From Anaeromyxobacter sp. (GTDB lineage: Bacteria > Myxococcota > Myxococcia > Myxococcales > Anaeromyxobacteraceae), in assembly GCA_049840735.1 (NCBI GenBank), contig JASGJN010000002.1, forward strand, positions 1-64,000: a stretch of DNA of 64,000 nucleotides. Reading direction: 5' to 3'. Below, piece by piece: positions 36,962 through 46,901 of this stretch. Each line of letters opens with the position of its first letter. Positions within the stretch are counted from its first letter, which is position 1. Made by a program: the position numbers and the translations under genes. Under the pieces are notes generated by a model. The model saw only the letters and a list, made by a program, of their open reading frames with translations, did not search any database and had not been told where the DNA came from.

Positions 36962-38082
36962 GGACTCCACCGGAGCACCTCCTTCACCGCCGGGCGGACC
37001 CGGTGCTTGAGCGCGTGCAGGGCGCGGCCGGCCAGGCTGGGCCGGTACACGTAGAGCCAGTCGTGCGGGCGGAGGCGCGGCGCCCAGTCCTGCTTCCAGG
37101 GCATGTCGGGCCCGAGGAAGTCGAGCTCGGCGAGCCCGCGCTCCTCGCACTCCGCCACCACCGCCTGGTGAAGCAGCTGGCCGGGCGAGACGGCCGAGAG
37201 CCCCTCGGCGTAGGCGGTCTTGGGCAGCGAGAAGACGCCGCGGTGGACCAGCCCCAGGTGCATGGCGATGGGCACGCCGTCCAGCGTGAGCGCGCGGATG
37301 GCCAGGCCGCCGCGGGCGGCGGCGTCGCGCGCCACCTGCCGGTAGAAGCGGACCAGCGCCGGATCCCGGGCGATGGCCGTGCCCCCCTGGCCCTTCCAGC
37401 CCGACGCCTCCAGGGCCAGGAACTGCTCCAGCCGCCGCTCCAGGTCGCCGCTCCCGTCCTCCGCCTGCACGGCCACCTCGCCCAGCTCCGCCAGCCGGCG
37501 GGCCCGGCGGCGCAGGTTGCCGCGGAACTTGGCCGAGGTGCGCGCCGCCACCGGCTCGCCCCCCAGCGTCAGGAAGGGCGTGCGGAGCGACTCCCAGCGG
37601 CCGGTGAGGTGGCCGTCGGCCCGGGCCAGCGGCTCCAGCAGCGTCGAGGTGGGGCCGTCGCGCGGCAGGTCGCGGAGCAGCAGCACGTCCCAGCGGAGCG
37701 CGTCGCGGAGGTGGGCCCAGAGCGCCGCCACCGCGCCGGAGGCGTCCGGCCCCAGCGCCCACTCCACCCGGCAGCTGTGGTCGTTGGCCGGCGCCACCAG
37801 CCGGATCACCCCGCGCCGCCGCTCCTCCAGCAGCGGCGCGAACCCGGCCGCCGTGCCCCGGGCGTCCCGCGCCACCAGCACCCGCAGCCGCGCCGCCGGC
37901 CCGGCGAAGGCGTCCAGCCACGCGCCCAGCCACTCGTGGCGCACGAAGGGGAGATCCACCGGGCCGCGCGCCAGCAGCGCGCTCCACTCCGGCCGCAGCC
38001 GGTCGAAGGCCACCCGCCCCTCCTCCACCTCGACCCGGTACCCGCCCGCCGCCGGGACGACCTGCTCCGCCGCGCCGTGCAC
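36958..38082 (-). CDS. CelD/BcsL-type GNAT acyltransferase (ExoG-like)
   Basis: PFVRHEW, LEASGWKG..GTAI, SPGQLL, DFLG.DMPWK.DW. Confidence 0.87.
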   Translation of the reverse strand: MHGAAEQVVPAAGGYRVEVEEGRVAFDRLRPEWSALLARGPVDLPFVRHEWLGAWLDAFAGPAARLRVLVARDARGTAAGFAPLLEERRRGVIRLVAPANDHSCRVEWALGPDASGAVAALWAHLRDALRWDVLLLRDLPRDGPTSTLLEPLARADGHLTGRWESLRTPFLTLGGEPVAARTSAKFRGNLRRRARRLAELGEVAVQAEDGSGDLERRLEQFLALEASGWKGQGGTAIARDPALVRFYRQVARDAAARGGLAIRALTLDGVPIAMHLGLVHRGVFSLPKTAYAEGLSAVSPGQLLHQAVVAECEERGLAELDFLGPDMPWKQDWAPRLRPHDWLYVYRPSLAGRALHALKHRVRPAVKEVLRWSP

Positions 38083-38083
38083 G

Positions 38084-39073
38084 TCAGCCCTCCCGCATCC
38101 GCGCCAGGTCGAGCAGCACCCGCGCCAGCCGCTGCGGATCGTGGCGACCGGGCCGGCCGGGCGCCTCCAGGTCCAGCAGCACCGGAACCACCCCCATGGC
38201 CTCCACCGCCGCGGCGACCGCCGCTACGCCCCCGACCTGCGCCGGCGCCGCCGGGTGCTGGATCACCGCGGCGTCCACCACGTCGCCGAGCTGGCGCTGC
38301 AGCGCCGCCACGTGGGCGGCCGCGTCGCAGCCCTCGGTCTCGCCCGGCTCGGTCCTGAGGTTCACCACCAGCACCCGCAGCGCCCGCGTGGTGCGCAGGG
38401 CCGCCGCCATCCCGGTGCCGAGCAGGCCCGCCAGCACCGAGGAGAAGAGGCTGCCAGGCCCCATCACCACCAGGTCCGCCTCCAGCACCGCGGCCAGCGC
38501 CCGGCGCGGCGCCGGGGCCGGACGGGCCAGCCCCAGCCGCGCCACCCGGCCGCGCGCGGCGGCGATGGCCGACTCGCCCCGGACCTCGCGCCCGTCCTCC
38601 AGCACGGCCACCAGCTGCGCCAGCCCCTCCACCGCCGGCACCACCCGGCCGCGCGCCCCCAGCAGCCGGGCGGCCGCGTCCAGCGCGGCGTCGAAGTCGC
38701 CCAGCCGCTGCGCCAGCGCGGTCAGGATCACGTTGCCCACCGTGTGCCCGGCCAGCGCGCCCTCGCCCTCGAAGCGGTGCTCGAAGAGCGAGGCCAGCGG
38801 GCTCGCCCCCGCGGCCAGCGCCTCCAGGCAGCGGCGCGCGTCCCCCGGGGCCGGGACCCCGTAGGCCCGGCGCAGCGCGCCGGAGGAGCCGCCGTCGTCG
38901 GCGGTGCTCACCAGCGCGGTCACCTGCACCGCCCGCCCCTGCTCCGGCTCCAGCCCCGGCGCCAGCCCGGACAGGACCCGCGGCAGCCCGGTGCCGCCGC
39001 CCACCGCCGCCACCCGCAGCGGGCGGGCAGCGGTCGGGCCGGGCCAGGCCGGGAGCGCGCCGGCCGGCGTCAC
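38084..39073 (-). CDS. YvcK/GlmR (CofD-like) family protein (ExoF-like)
   Basis: GGGTG, ADDGGSSG.LR, PGDARRCL, GHTVGN, GPGSLFSSV. Confidence 0.9.
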   Translation of the reverse strand: MTPAGALPAWPGPTAARPLRVAAVGGGTGLPRVLSGLAPGLEPEQGRAVQVTALVSTADDGGSSGALRRAYGVPAPGDARRCLEALAAGASPLASLFEHRFEGEGALAGHTVGNVILTALAQRLGDFDAALDAAARLLGARGRVVPAVEGLAQLVAVLEDGREVRGESAIAAARGRVARLGLARPAPAPRRALAAVLEADLVVMGPGSLFSSVLAGLLGTGMAAALRTTRALRVLVVNLRTEPGETEGCDAAAHVAALQRQLGDVVDAAVIQHPAAPAQVGGVAAVAAAVEAMGVVPVLLDLEAPGRPGRHDPQRLARVLLDLARMREG

Positions 39074-40462
39074 CGCGCCCCCCGGCCCAGCAGCACCACC
39101 TTGGCGGTGGCCAGCAGGCAGACCAGGTCGAGGAAGAGCGAGGTGTTCTTGATGTAGTAGAGGTCGTACTCGAGCTTGCGGGCGTTCTCCTCCAGCGTGG
39201 ACCCGTAGCCGTAGCGCAGCTGGGCCCAGCCGGTCAGGCCCGGCTTGACCAGCTCGCGCAGCGTGAAGAGCGGCCAGCGCGCCTTGAGCTCGGAGAGGAA
39301 GACCGCCCGCTCGGGCCGCGGGCCCACCACGCTCATCTCGCCGCGCAGCACGTTCCAGAGCTGGGGCAGCTCGTCCACCCGGAAGCGCCGGAGCACGCGG
39401 CCGGCGGGGAGGATGCGCGGGTCGTCGTCGGTGGCCCAGGCGGCCCCCATCCGCTCGGCGTCGCGGCGCATGGTCCGGAACTTCCAGAATCCGGTAGGGG
39501 CGCCCGGCCCGGCCGGTGCGCTCCTGCGAGTAGAGGACGGGCCGGCCGTCGGCCACCCAGATCACCAGCGCCACCGCCGCCATCGCCGGGGCCAGCGCCA
39601 GCAGCAGCGCGGCCGCCACCGCCAGGTCGGCCAGCCGCTTCGCCGTGCGGGTCACCCGCGAGACCCGGAACCCCTCGTCGAAGATGAGCGCGCTGGGGCG
39701 GACCAGCGCCAGCGGGATGCGCTGCAGCGTGGCCTCGGCGAACCCGACGTCGTCCACCACGCGCAGGCCGCGGGTGCGCAGCGCCAGCAGGTCGTCGAGC
39801 GGCAGCCCGCGCCGGTCCTCCAGCGCCACCACCAGCACCTGCGCCCGCACCTGCCGGGCCACCTCCGCCACCCGGCCGGTGTGGACCGCGGCCGGGTCCA
39901 CCAGCGGCGGCGCCGTGCTCCGGCCGTCCACCTGGAAGCCGACCACCTCCCAGAGGCCGTCCGCCTCGCGCTCCACCGCGCGCGCCAGGTCGCGGGCGCG
40001 CGCGCCGCCGCCCACGAAGAGCACGCGGGTGGGGGCGCCCACCACCGCCGGCATCAGCACCCGGGCGCCGATCACGCCCAGCGCCCCGCCCGCCGCCGCC
40101 ACCACCAGCGAGCCGTGGAGCGTCCAGCCCGGGAGGAGGAACAGGTCGAGCGCCACGTCGGCGAGGGCCAGCGCGATGGCCGCCACCCCGAGGGCGCGCA
40201 GCAGCCTGCGCCCGTCGGTCCGGTCCCGGACCGCGGCGTGCAGGTCGTAGAGGTCGCCCAGGTAGAGCGCGCCGGCGAAGATCAGCGCCGCCACCCCGGC
40301 CCGCAGCACCCCCGGGGTGATGGGCATCCCGGCGCCGCTGGCCTGGGCCGCCACCGGCCCGATGGAGGCGCCGGCCAGCAGCGCCAGCACCAGCACCGTC
40401 TCCTCGGCGAAGAAGTAGGCCGCCTTGCGCGGCGAGAACCAATGGTTGAAGACGCGGACCAA
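39070..40462 (-). CDS. Polyisoprenyl-phosphate hexose-1-phosphate transferase (ExoE-like; apparent frameshift ~39488)
   Basis: KR..DL, KFRTM..DAE, DDPRI, DELPQLWNVLRGEMSVVGPRPE, KPGLTGWAQ, DLYYIKN. Confidence 0.92.
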
Positions 40463-40492
40463 GATTGCCCCCCCCGGCCCAGCTGCGGGCCC

Positions 40493-40520
40493 CAGGCCTC
40501 AGGCTCCAGGCCTCAGGCTT
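40493..40520. repeat. Four tandem heptamers CAGGCYY
   Basis: caggcct caggctc caggcct caggctt, in the gap between the BY-kinase and sugar-transferase genes. Confidence 0.75.
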
Positions 40521-40589
40521 CGGCGCACCCGGGCTCCCCTCGACGACTCCGACCGGCCCCCTGCCGGCCCTCCCCCGCCGCTTCGCGCT

Positions 40590-41321
40590 TCAGCCGCCGG
40601 ACGCCGCGCGCGGCGGGGCGGGCAGGCCGGGCTCGCCGTAGAGCCAGCGGGCGTGGAGCGCCGCGGCGGCGTCCACGTCGTTCAGCACCACGCCCGCGGC
40701 CCGCTCGCCCAGCGCCTCCAGCGCCAGCCGCACCACCGGGCGCGGCGTGAGGCCGGCCCGCACCACCAGGAGCGCCAGGTCGGCGGCGGACGCGATCCGG
40801 TCGCCGTCCGCGAAGGCCAGGGCAGGCGGCGCGTCCAGCACCACCAGCTCGTAGGCCGCGCGCAGCTGGTCCATCACCGCCGGCGCCCGCGGGCTGCGCA
40901 GCGCCAGCGCGCCGTCACGGGCCTCGCCGGCGCAGAGCACCGACAGGCCGCCCACCCGCGCCACCGCCTGGCCCAGCTCGGCGGTGCCCTCCAGCACCTC
41001 CGCCAGCCCGGCGCGCGGCGCCAACCCCAGCAGCCCCGCCAGCGCCGGCCGGCGCAGGTCGGCCTCGACCAGCACCACCGGCCGCCCCTCCTGCGCGGCC
41101 GTGAAGGCCAGGTTGGCCGCGGTGGTGGTGCGCCCCTCGCCGCGCCCGGCGGAGGTGACCGCCACCACCCGCGCCGGGCGGCGTGCCGCCAGCCGGAGCA
41201 GCCGCTGGTACAGCAGCCGGTAGCCCTCGGCGGCCGGCGAGTCCGGCTCCAGCAGCGCCACGATGCGGCTCTCCGGCGCCAGCCCGGGGTAGGTGCCCTG
41301 CAACGTCTCCGCGCTGATCAT
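40590..41321 (-). CDS. CpsD/CapB BY-kinase family protein (ExoD-like) with a Walker A Lys-to-Arg change
   Basis: S.AAEGYR.L, VTSA..GEGRTT, EADLRRP, VLDAPP. Confidence 0.88.
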   Translation of the reverse strand: MISAETLQGTYPGLAPESRIVALLEPDSPAAEGYRLLYQRLLRLAARRPARVVAVTSAGRGEGRTTTAANLAFTAAQEGRPVVLVEADLRRPALAGLLGLAPRAGLAEVLEGTAELGQAVARVGGLSVLCAGEARDGALALRSPRAPAVMDQLRAAYELVVLDAPPALAFADGDRIASAADLALLVVRAGLTPRPVVRLALEALGERAAGVVLNDVDAAAALHARWLYGEPGLPAPPRAASGG

Positions 41322-41334
41322 CTCGCCCTCCCTT

Positions 41335-42709
41335 TCACTGCGCCTGCGTGCGCCGCGGACCGATCCGCGGGATGGTGGCCAGCACCGGCACGCCCAGTCC
41401 GCCGGCGTCCTCCGGGCCGCGCATGGAGCCGTCGGCCCACTCCGTCAGCGCCGCCGCCGCCAGGGCCAGGGCCAGCGCGGCCAGCACCGCCAGCAGCGCC
41501 AGCCGCCCGCGGTCCGGCGCCGAGGGGTGGGTGGGCGTGATGGCCGGGTCGAGCAGGTGGAACATCGAGGCGGTGTCGGCCGCCAGCAGCCCCTCGGCCA
41601 CCGCGGCGTCGGCGCGGCGCGAGACGGTGGCCGCGTACTTGGCCCGCAGCGCCTCGTAGTCGCGCGAGAGGTTCGCCAGCTCCTGCCCCCAGCGCGGCGC
41701 CACCTCCACCTTGCGCTGGTATCCGTCGAGCTGCTTGCGGGCGTCCTCCAGCGCGCGCTGGTGGTCGGCGATCTCGGCCTCGATGCGCGCCAGCCCCTCC
41801 TTCACGCGCAGCTCCCGGAACTGCCCCGCCGCCTCGTCGCGGCGCCCGAGGGCCTCCGCCAGCTCCCGGCGCGCCCGGCGCACGTCGGGGTGATCGGGCG
41901 AGTAGGCGGCCTCCGCGGCCTGCAGCCGCCGCACCGCGCCGTCCAGCGCCGCCTCGGCCATGCCGGGCACCGTCACGCCCTCGGGCACGCTCCCCAGCAG
42001 CGCCGTCCGCCGGCGCTGCGCCTCGGCGATGGCCCCCAGGCGCAGCTCGATCAGCGCCTGGGCCCGGCCCACGCTCCGGGCGTTGGTCTCGACCATCTCG
42101 GGCAGCTCGGCGAGGTGCTCCACCTTGAAGGCCAGGATGCGCCGCTCGTCCTCGGCCAGCTGCTGCCCCATCTCCTTGACCTGGGCGTCGAGCGTCTCGC
42201 GCAGCCCCTGGGCCTGCGACTGCAGGACCTGGCGCGTCATCTCCTCGTAGGCGCGGGGCAGCAGCTCGGCCGCCGCCTTCACCTTCTGGGGATCGCGCCC
42301 GCGCACCTCCACCACGAAGAGCAGGCTGGGCCCGCCGCCCGGGACCTCGCCCTCCAGCCGGACCTCCACCTGGCGGCGCAGCTTCTCGATCGCGCCCTCC
42401 CGGTCGTCGTGCATGTCGGGGAAGAAGTCGGTCTCCTGGAGCACCCGCTCCAGCACCGGGCGGGCCAGGATGCCGTGCTTCACCGTCCGCATCCGGTCCT
42501 CGAACGGCACCACCCCCTGCGCCGGCAGGAACTCGACCGAGAGCCGGCGGGGCTCGAGCTGCACGGTGGAGCTGGCCGTGTACTCGGAGGGGGTGAAGGC
42601 GGCCACCGCCAGGCCGACGGCCAGCGTCGCGCCGCCCACCAGGAGCGCCGCCGCACGCCGCCGGCGGAGCGCCGCCCACAGAATCCTGCACCGTGTACGT
42701 CCTCTCCAT
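41335..42709 (-). CDS. Polysaccharide co-polymerase GumC/Wzc-N (ExoC-like; apparent frameshift ~42682)
   Basis: N- and C-terminal TM helices, coiled coil, YSPDHPDV, LGVPVLATIP. Confidence 0.88.
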
Positions 42710-42720
42710 GTCCGCTCCCC

Positions 42721-43875
42721 CTACCGGACCGGCAGTTCCCAGCCGAGCCGAAGCCCGACCACGGTCCGTCGCAGCGCGGTCGACGTGTCGTCGAGCCGCG
42801 CGAAGTGCGCCGCGGCGAGCGCGACCCGCGCGCCAGCCCCGACGTGAAGCCCCGCCTCACCGCTGAACGCCCAGCCGACGTTGGCGTTGGCGCCCGTGGG
42901 CGGCTCGCCCGAGCGCCAGATGCCCGCGTCCCCGCGCAGCTCCCAGCGCCGCCCCACCCGCCGCACCGCCCCCACCTCCGCCGAGTCGACCAGCCCGGGC
43001 GACGCGGTGGAGCCGATCCCCAGCCGATGCGCCACGGTGGTGCGCAGGTCGAACCACAGGCTCGTCACGCGCACCTCCACCCCCGCCTCCGGCACGATCG
43101 CCACCTCGTCCGGCCCGCGCCAGAGGGCCGGACCCGCGAAGGCGTCGACCTCGACCACGCGGGTCACGCGGTAGCGCAGCCGCGCCCGCAGCGCGTTGGC
43201 GAACGCCACCTGGTCGCCCTCGGGGTGGAAGTCCTGGAACACCTGGAAGGCGAACGCGCCGCCCACCGACAGGCGCGGGTCGAGGCGCCAGAGCACGTCC
43301 AGGGAGGGCGCGTGCATCATGCCGCCGGTGTGATCGTCGAACTGCGCCCCGCGCTCGATCAGGGCCACGCCCAGCACCAGGCGGGAGGTGACCTCGCCGT
43401 CCAGGCGGCCGCCGGCGTTGATCATCAGCGCCGCCTGGCGCCCCTCGCGGAAGACGCCGTTCATCGCCAGGCCCACCGGGTCGTAGGCGTAGGCCACCCG
43501 GGCCGTGCCGCGCAGCTCCAGCCGGCGCGAGGGCGTGGCCTCCACCGCGAAGGTCCCGCGCTGGTTCCAGAAGCCGTCCGGGGCGAGGTCCCGGTAGACC
43601 ACCCAGTCGCCGCCGTAGGTGGCGGACACGTCGTACAGGTGGTCCCGGACGCGCAGGCCCACGTCGGGCGAGACGCGCGAGGTCCGGTCGGCGCTGTTGC
43701 CGTCGTAGAAGACGTTCGAGTCCCAGCCCCCCTCCAGCACCACCTTGGCGATGGGCTCGACCTTCGTCTCCCCCCGCGCCGGCGCGGGCAGGAGCAGCAG
43801 GCCCAGCAGGAGGGCGGTGGCCCACGCGGTCACCGCCAGCCCGACCCGCGGGATCGCCGGCACGCGCGCGCGCAT
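42721..43875 (-). CDS. Outer-membrane beta-barrel partner of the OPX protein (ExoB-like)
   Basis: Signal peptide, GGWDSNV, alternating amphipathic strands, C-terminal LRLGWE. Lies between the OPX and PCP genes. Confidence 0.75.
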   Translation of the reverse strand: MRARVPAIPRVGLAVTAWATALLLGLLLLPAPARGETKVEPIAKVVLEGGWDSNVFYDGNSADRTSRVSPDVGLRVRDHLYDVSATYGGDWVVYRDLAPDGFWNQRGTFAVEATPSRRLELRGTARVAYAYDPVGLAMNGVFREGRQAALMINAGGRLDGEVTSRLVLGVALIERGAQFDDHTGGMMHAPSLDVLWRLDPRLSVGGAFAFQVFQDFHPEGDQVAFANALRARLRYRVTRVVEVDAFAGPALWRGPDEVAIVPEAGVEVRVTSLWFDLRTTVAHRLGIGSTASPGLVDSAEVGAVRRVGRRWELRGDAGIWRSGEPPTGANANVGWAFSGEAGLHVGAGARVALAAAHFARLDDTSTALRRTVVGLRLGWELPVR

Positions 43876-43894
43876 CGCGTCCCCGCTCCGCGCC

Positions 43895-44467
43895 CTACGG
43901 CACGTAGAGGACATCGCCTCCCCTGAGCCAGAGCGCGCCCTTGGCCTCGCCTTCGACCAGGTCCTTGAAGGACAGCTTGACCCGGTCGGCGTGGCCGTCG
44001 GCCTTCTGCCGCAGCCAGACCACGTCATCGCCGCCGAACTCGGTGCGCCCGCCGGCCAGCGCGATGGCCTGCACCACGCTCATGGGGCCGCGCAGCGGGA
44101 AGCCGCCCGGCCTGGTCACCTCGCCCAGCACGTACACGCGGGCGCCGTTAATCTCGCGCACCAGCACCGCCACCGAGGCGTCGCGCACGTACGGCGTCAG
44201 CGCCGCGGTCAGCCCCTGCTGCAGCTCCGCCGGCGTGCGCCCCGCCGCCTCCACCTCGCCGGCCAGCGGCAGCGAGATGCGCCCGTCCGGCCGCACCGGC
44301 ACGATCCGGGTCAGCTCCGGCTCGTGCCACACCACCACCTCCAGCACGTCCTCGCGACCAATCCGGTACTCCGTGTCGGGACGATCCGGGGCCCGCTCCC
44401 CGTCGGACGTCGAAGCACAGCCCGCAGCCGCCGTCAGCCAAAGCAGCGCCCAGCCCACCCGCACCAT
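43895..44467 (-). CDS. Short OPX polysaccharide export lipoprotein (ExoA/Wza-like)
   Basis: Lipobox AAGC, YRIG..DVL, VRPDGRISLPL.GE, VYVLGEV..PG, LRGGDVLYVP. Lacks the C-terminal outer-membrane helix. Confidence 0.92.
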   Translation of the reverse strand: MVRVGWALLWLTAAAGCASTSDGERAPDRPDTEYRIGREDVLEVVVWHEPELTRIVPVRPDGRISLPLAGEVEAAGRTPAELQQGLTAALTPYVRDASVAVLVREINGARVYVLGEVTRPGGFPLRGPMSVVQAIALAGGRTEFGGDDVVWLRQKADGHADRVKLSFKDLVEGEAKGALWLRGGDVLYVP

Positions 44468-44522
44468 CGAAGCCTCCCCCGGGACCGTCGCTCGGCCGTC
44501 CCGTCGCGCCGCCGTGGCCGGG

Positions 44523-44538
44523 AGCACAGGCCGTGCCA
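44523..44538 (-). promoter_or_regulatory. sigma54 -24/-12 promoter of the exo-like operon
   Basis: TGGCACGGCCTGTGCT (GG-N10-GC), about 55 nt upstream of the OPX start. Confidence 0.72.
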
Positions 44539-44755
44539 GGCGCCGCGCGGGTCGGTGGTCGCCGCTCGCCAACGTCGTCTCCGGGCGGCAGCGGCCTCGC
44601 CGCGCGGACGGGGGCCTGCCCGGCCGGTGAAGCGCGGCGGCCGCGGTGGCGAACTCGTTTCCCTCGCTGCGGAAGGCGCGTGCCCGCATTGCCGGCCGGC
44701 CGCGGGCGCCCGACGTTTCACCTGGACGCGCGCTGCGGCGCGTGGAGGGGACACG

Positions 44756-44950
44756 ATGCTGAGGGCGGCGGTCTGGACCATCGGGCTGTTTGGCGCCGGG
44801 ATGGCGGTGTGCAGGATCTTCCCGGCCGCCTGGCTCGAGCCGGTGGTGCTGTTCGGCCTGGGGGTGGCGCTGCTGGCGGTGAGCACGCGCAGCGCCAGGC
44901 CGCGGGCGCCGCGCGCCCGGGCGGTGGCGCCGAAGGAGGCCGCCGCGTGA
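44756..44950 (+). CDS. Small two-TM hypothetical protein (64 aa)
   Basis: GGAGGGG RBS, two hydrophobic helices and a basic tail. Confidence 0.65.
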   Translation: MLRAAVWTIGLFGAGMAVCRIFPAAWLEPVVLFGLGVALLAVSTRSARPRAPRARAVAPKEAAA

Positions 44951-44963
44951 GCGGGGCCGTGGC

Positions 44964-46439
44964 TCAGCCGCAATCGCGGCGGGGGCCCGGCTCCTCCACC
45001 CGGGCGGCGTCCCGGGGATCGACGATCTTGCAGTCCTTGATCTTGTAGAGCAGCGCCTTGTAGCTGATCTGCAGCCGGCGGGCCGCCTTGCGCTTGTTCC
45101 AGCCGGTGCGCATCAGGGCGCGCACGATGGCCTCGCGCTCGGCGACCCGGGCCGCGCGGCGCGCCACCTCCTTGAGCGGCGCGTCCTCGGACAGCGCGAC
45201 GAAGGAGCCGTCCACCCGGGCGGTGTTGACCGCGGCGTTGAGCGGCGCCAGCCCCGGCAGCCTGGGACGGGACAGGTCCCCCAGCACCATCTCCGGGTCG
45301 CGCAGCACCACCAGCCGCCGGACCAGGTTCTCCAGCTCGCGGACGTTGCCGGGCCAGTCGTAGGCGTGGAACCGGTCCAGCACGCCGGCCGGGACCTCCT
45401 CCAGCCCTCCCCGTACCGCTTGCGGTACTTCTCCACGAAGTGGCGGACCAGCGGCGCGAATCTCCTCCTTCCGCTCGCGCAGCGGCGGGACCCGCACGGT
45501 CACCACGTTGAGCCGGTAGAACGAATCCTCGCGGAAGGCCCCCTGGCGGATGGCGGCCTCCAGGTTGCGGTTGGTGGCCGTGATCACGCGCGCGTCCACC
45601 CGGACCGGCCGCTTGCCGCCGACGCGGTAGAACTCCTCGTCCTGCAGCACCTGCAGCAGCTTGGCCTGGAGGCGCGGATCCATCTCGCCAATCTCGTCGA
45701 GGAAGATGGTCCCCTGGTGCGCCAGCTCGAACTTGCCGGGCTTCTCGGCGTGCGCGCCGGTGAAGGCCCCCTTCTCGTGGCCGAAGAGCTCGCTCTCCAG
45801 GAGCTCGCCCGGCAGCGCCGCGCAGTTGATCTTCACGAACGGGCGCGCCGAGCGGCGGCTCATGGCGTGGATGCGGCGGGCGATCACGTCCTTGCCCACG
45901 CCGCTCTCGCCCACCAGCAGGATGGGCACGTCGGTGTCGGCCACCCGCTCCACCAGCTCCCAGACCCGGTCCATGGCGCCGGAGAGCGGCGGAGGCAGCG
46001 CGTCGGGATCCGCGCCGGGGTCGGCCTCCACCGGCGCGCGCGCCGGCGCGGCCAGCTCGGGCGGCCGGGCCAGGCCGTCCAGGGCCCGGCGCAGCACCAG
46101 GTCGAGGTCCATGGGATCGAACGGCTTGGGGAGGTAGTCGGTGGCGCCGAGCTTCATGGCCCGGACCACGTCCTCCGTCTCGGACAGGCCGGAGAGGACG
46201 ATCACCGGCAGCCCGGGCTCGCGCTCGCGCAGCCGCCGCAGCACCTCGAACCCGTCCGGCGCGGGGATCACCAGGTCGAGCAGCACCGCGTCCACCCGGC
46301 TGCTCTCGGCCGCCTCCAGCGCCTCGGCCCCGCTGGCCACCGCCTTGACCCGCAGGCCTGGCCGCGCCACGAGCGCCGCCAGGGCCGTCCGTGCATCGGC
46401 GTCGTCCTCGACGACGAGGACCGTCCCTTCCTGTTCCAT
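44964..46439 (-). CDS. NtrC-family sigma54 enhancer-binding response regulator (compensating frameshifts ~45410-45460)
   Basis: Receiver domain, GESGVGKD, ESELFGHEKGAFTGA, FLDEIGE, WPGNVRELEN, Fis-type HTH. Confidence 0.95.
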   Translation of the reverse strand: MEQEGTVLVVEDDADARTALAALVARPGLRVKAVASGAEALEAAESSRVDAVLLDLVIPAPDGFEVLRRLREREPGLPVIVLSGLSETEDVVRAMKLGATDYLPKPFDPMDLDLVLRRALDGLARPPELAAPARAPVEADPGADPDALPPPLSGAMDRVWELVERVADTDVPILLVGESGVGKDVIARRIHAMSRRSARPFVKINCAALPGELLESELFGHEKGAFTGAHAEKPGKFELAHQGTIFLDEIGEMDPRLQAKLLQVLQDEEFYRVGGKRPVRVDARVITATNRNLEAAIRQGAFREDSFYRLNVVTVRVPPLRERKEEIRAAGPPLRGEVPQAVRGGLEEVPAGVLDRFHAYDWPGNVRELENLVRRLVVLRDPEMVLGDLSRPRLPGLAPLNAAVNTARVDGSFVALSEDAPLKEVARRAARVAEREAIVRALMRTGWNKRKAARRLQISYKALLYKIKDCKIVDPRDAARVEEPGPRRDCG

Positions 46440-46608
46440 GGCCGTTCGCTCGCTGAAGAGGTCCGTACCGACCCTGGGAAAATGAAGCGAGCGATGCTCA
46501 CCGGCACCGGCCCAATCGCGGAGGCACCGGCAGGGGGCGCGCGCTGCACGGGGCGTGAACCCCGCCGGCCGGGTCGCGCGCTGGCCCGACCCATGCCATA
46601 CCTGGGGC

Positions 46609-46872
46609 ATGCGCCTCTCCCGTCCCCGCGTCCTGTTCCGGGTGGCCCTCCTGACCGGCCTGGGCGGGGTCCTGCTCTGGCGGGCCTGGGGGACCCGCGC
46701 CGCCGCCCTGGACGCCGGCGGAGACGCCGCGCTGCTCCGGATGGCGGTGGTCGAGGCCGCCCTGGGCGGGGTGGCCATCCTCGCGGCCGCCATGGGCCTC
46801 TTGGCGCTCCGGAAGAAGGCGCGCAAGCACACGCTCCACCTGGACGACGTCCCGCCACCGCCCAAGCCCTGA
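46609..46872 (+). CDS. Small two-TM hypothetical protein
   Basis: GC3-biased 87-aa ORF with two hydrophobic helices. Confidence 0.65.
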   Translation: MRLSRPRVLFRVALLTGLGGVLLWRAWGTRAAALDAGGDAALLRMAVVEAALGGVAILAAAMGLLALRKKARKHTLHLDDVPPPPKP

Positions 46873-46901
46873 GGCGGCGGCCCTGGGCCCCGGGCGGCGC
46901 G

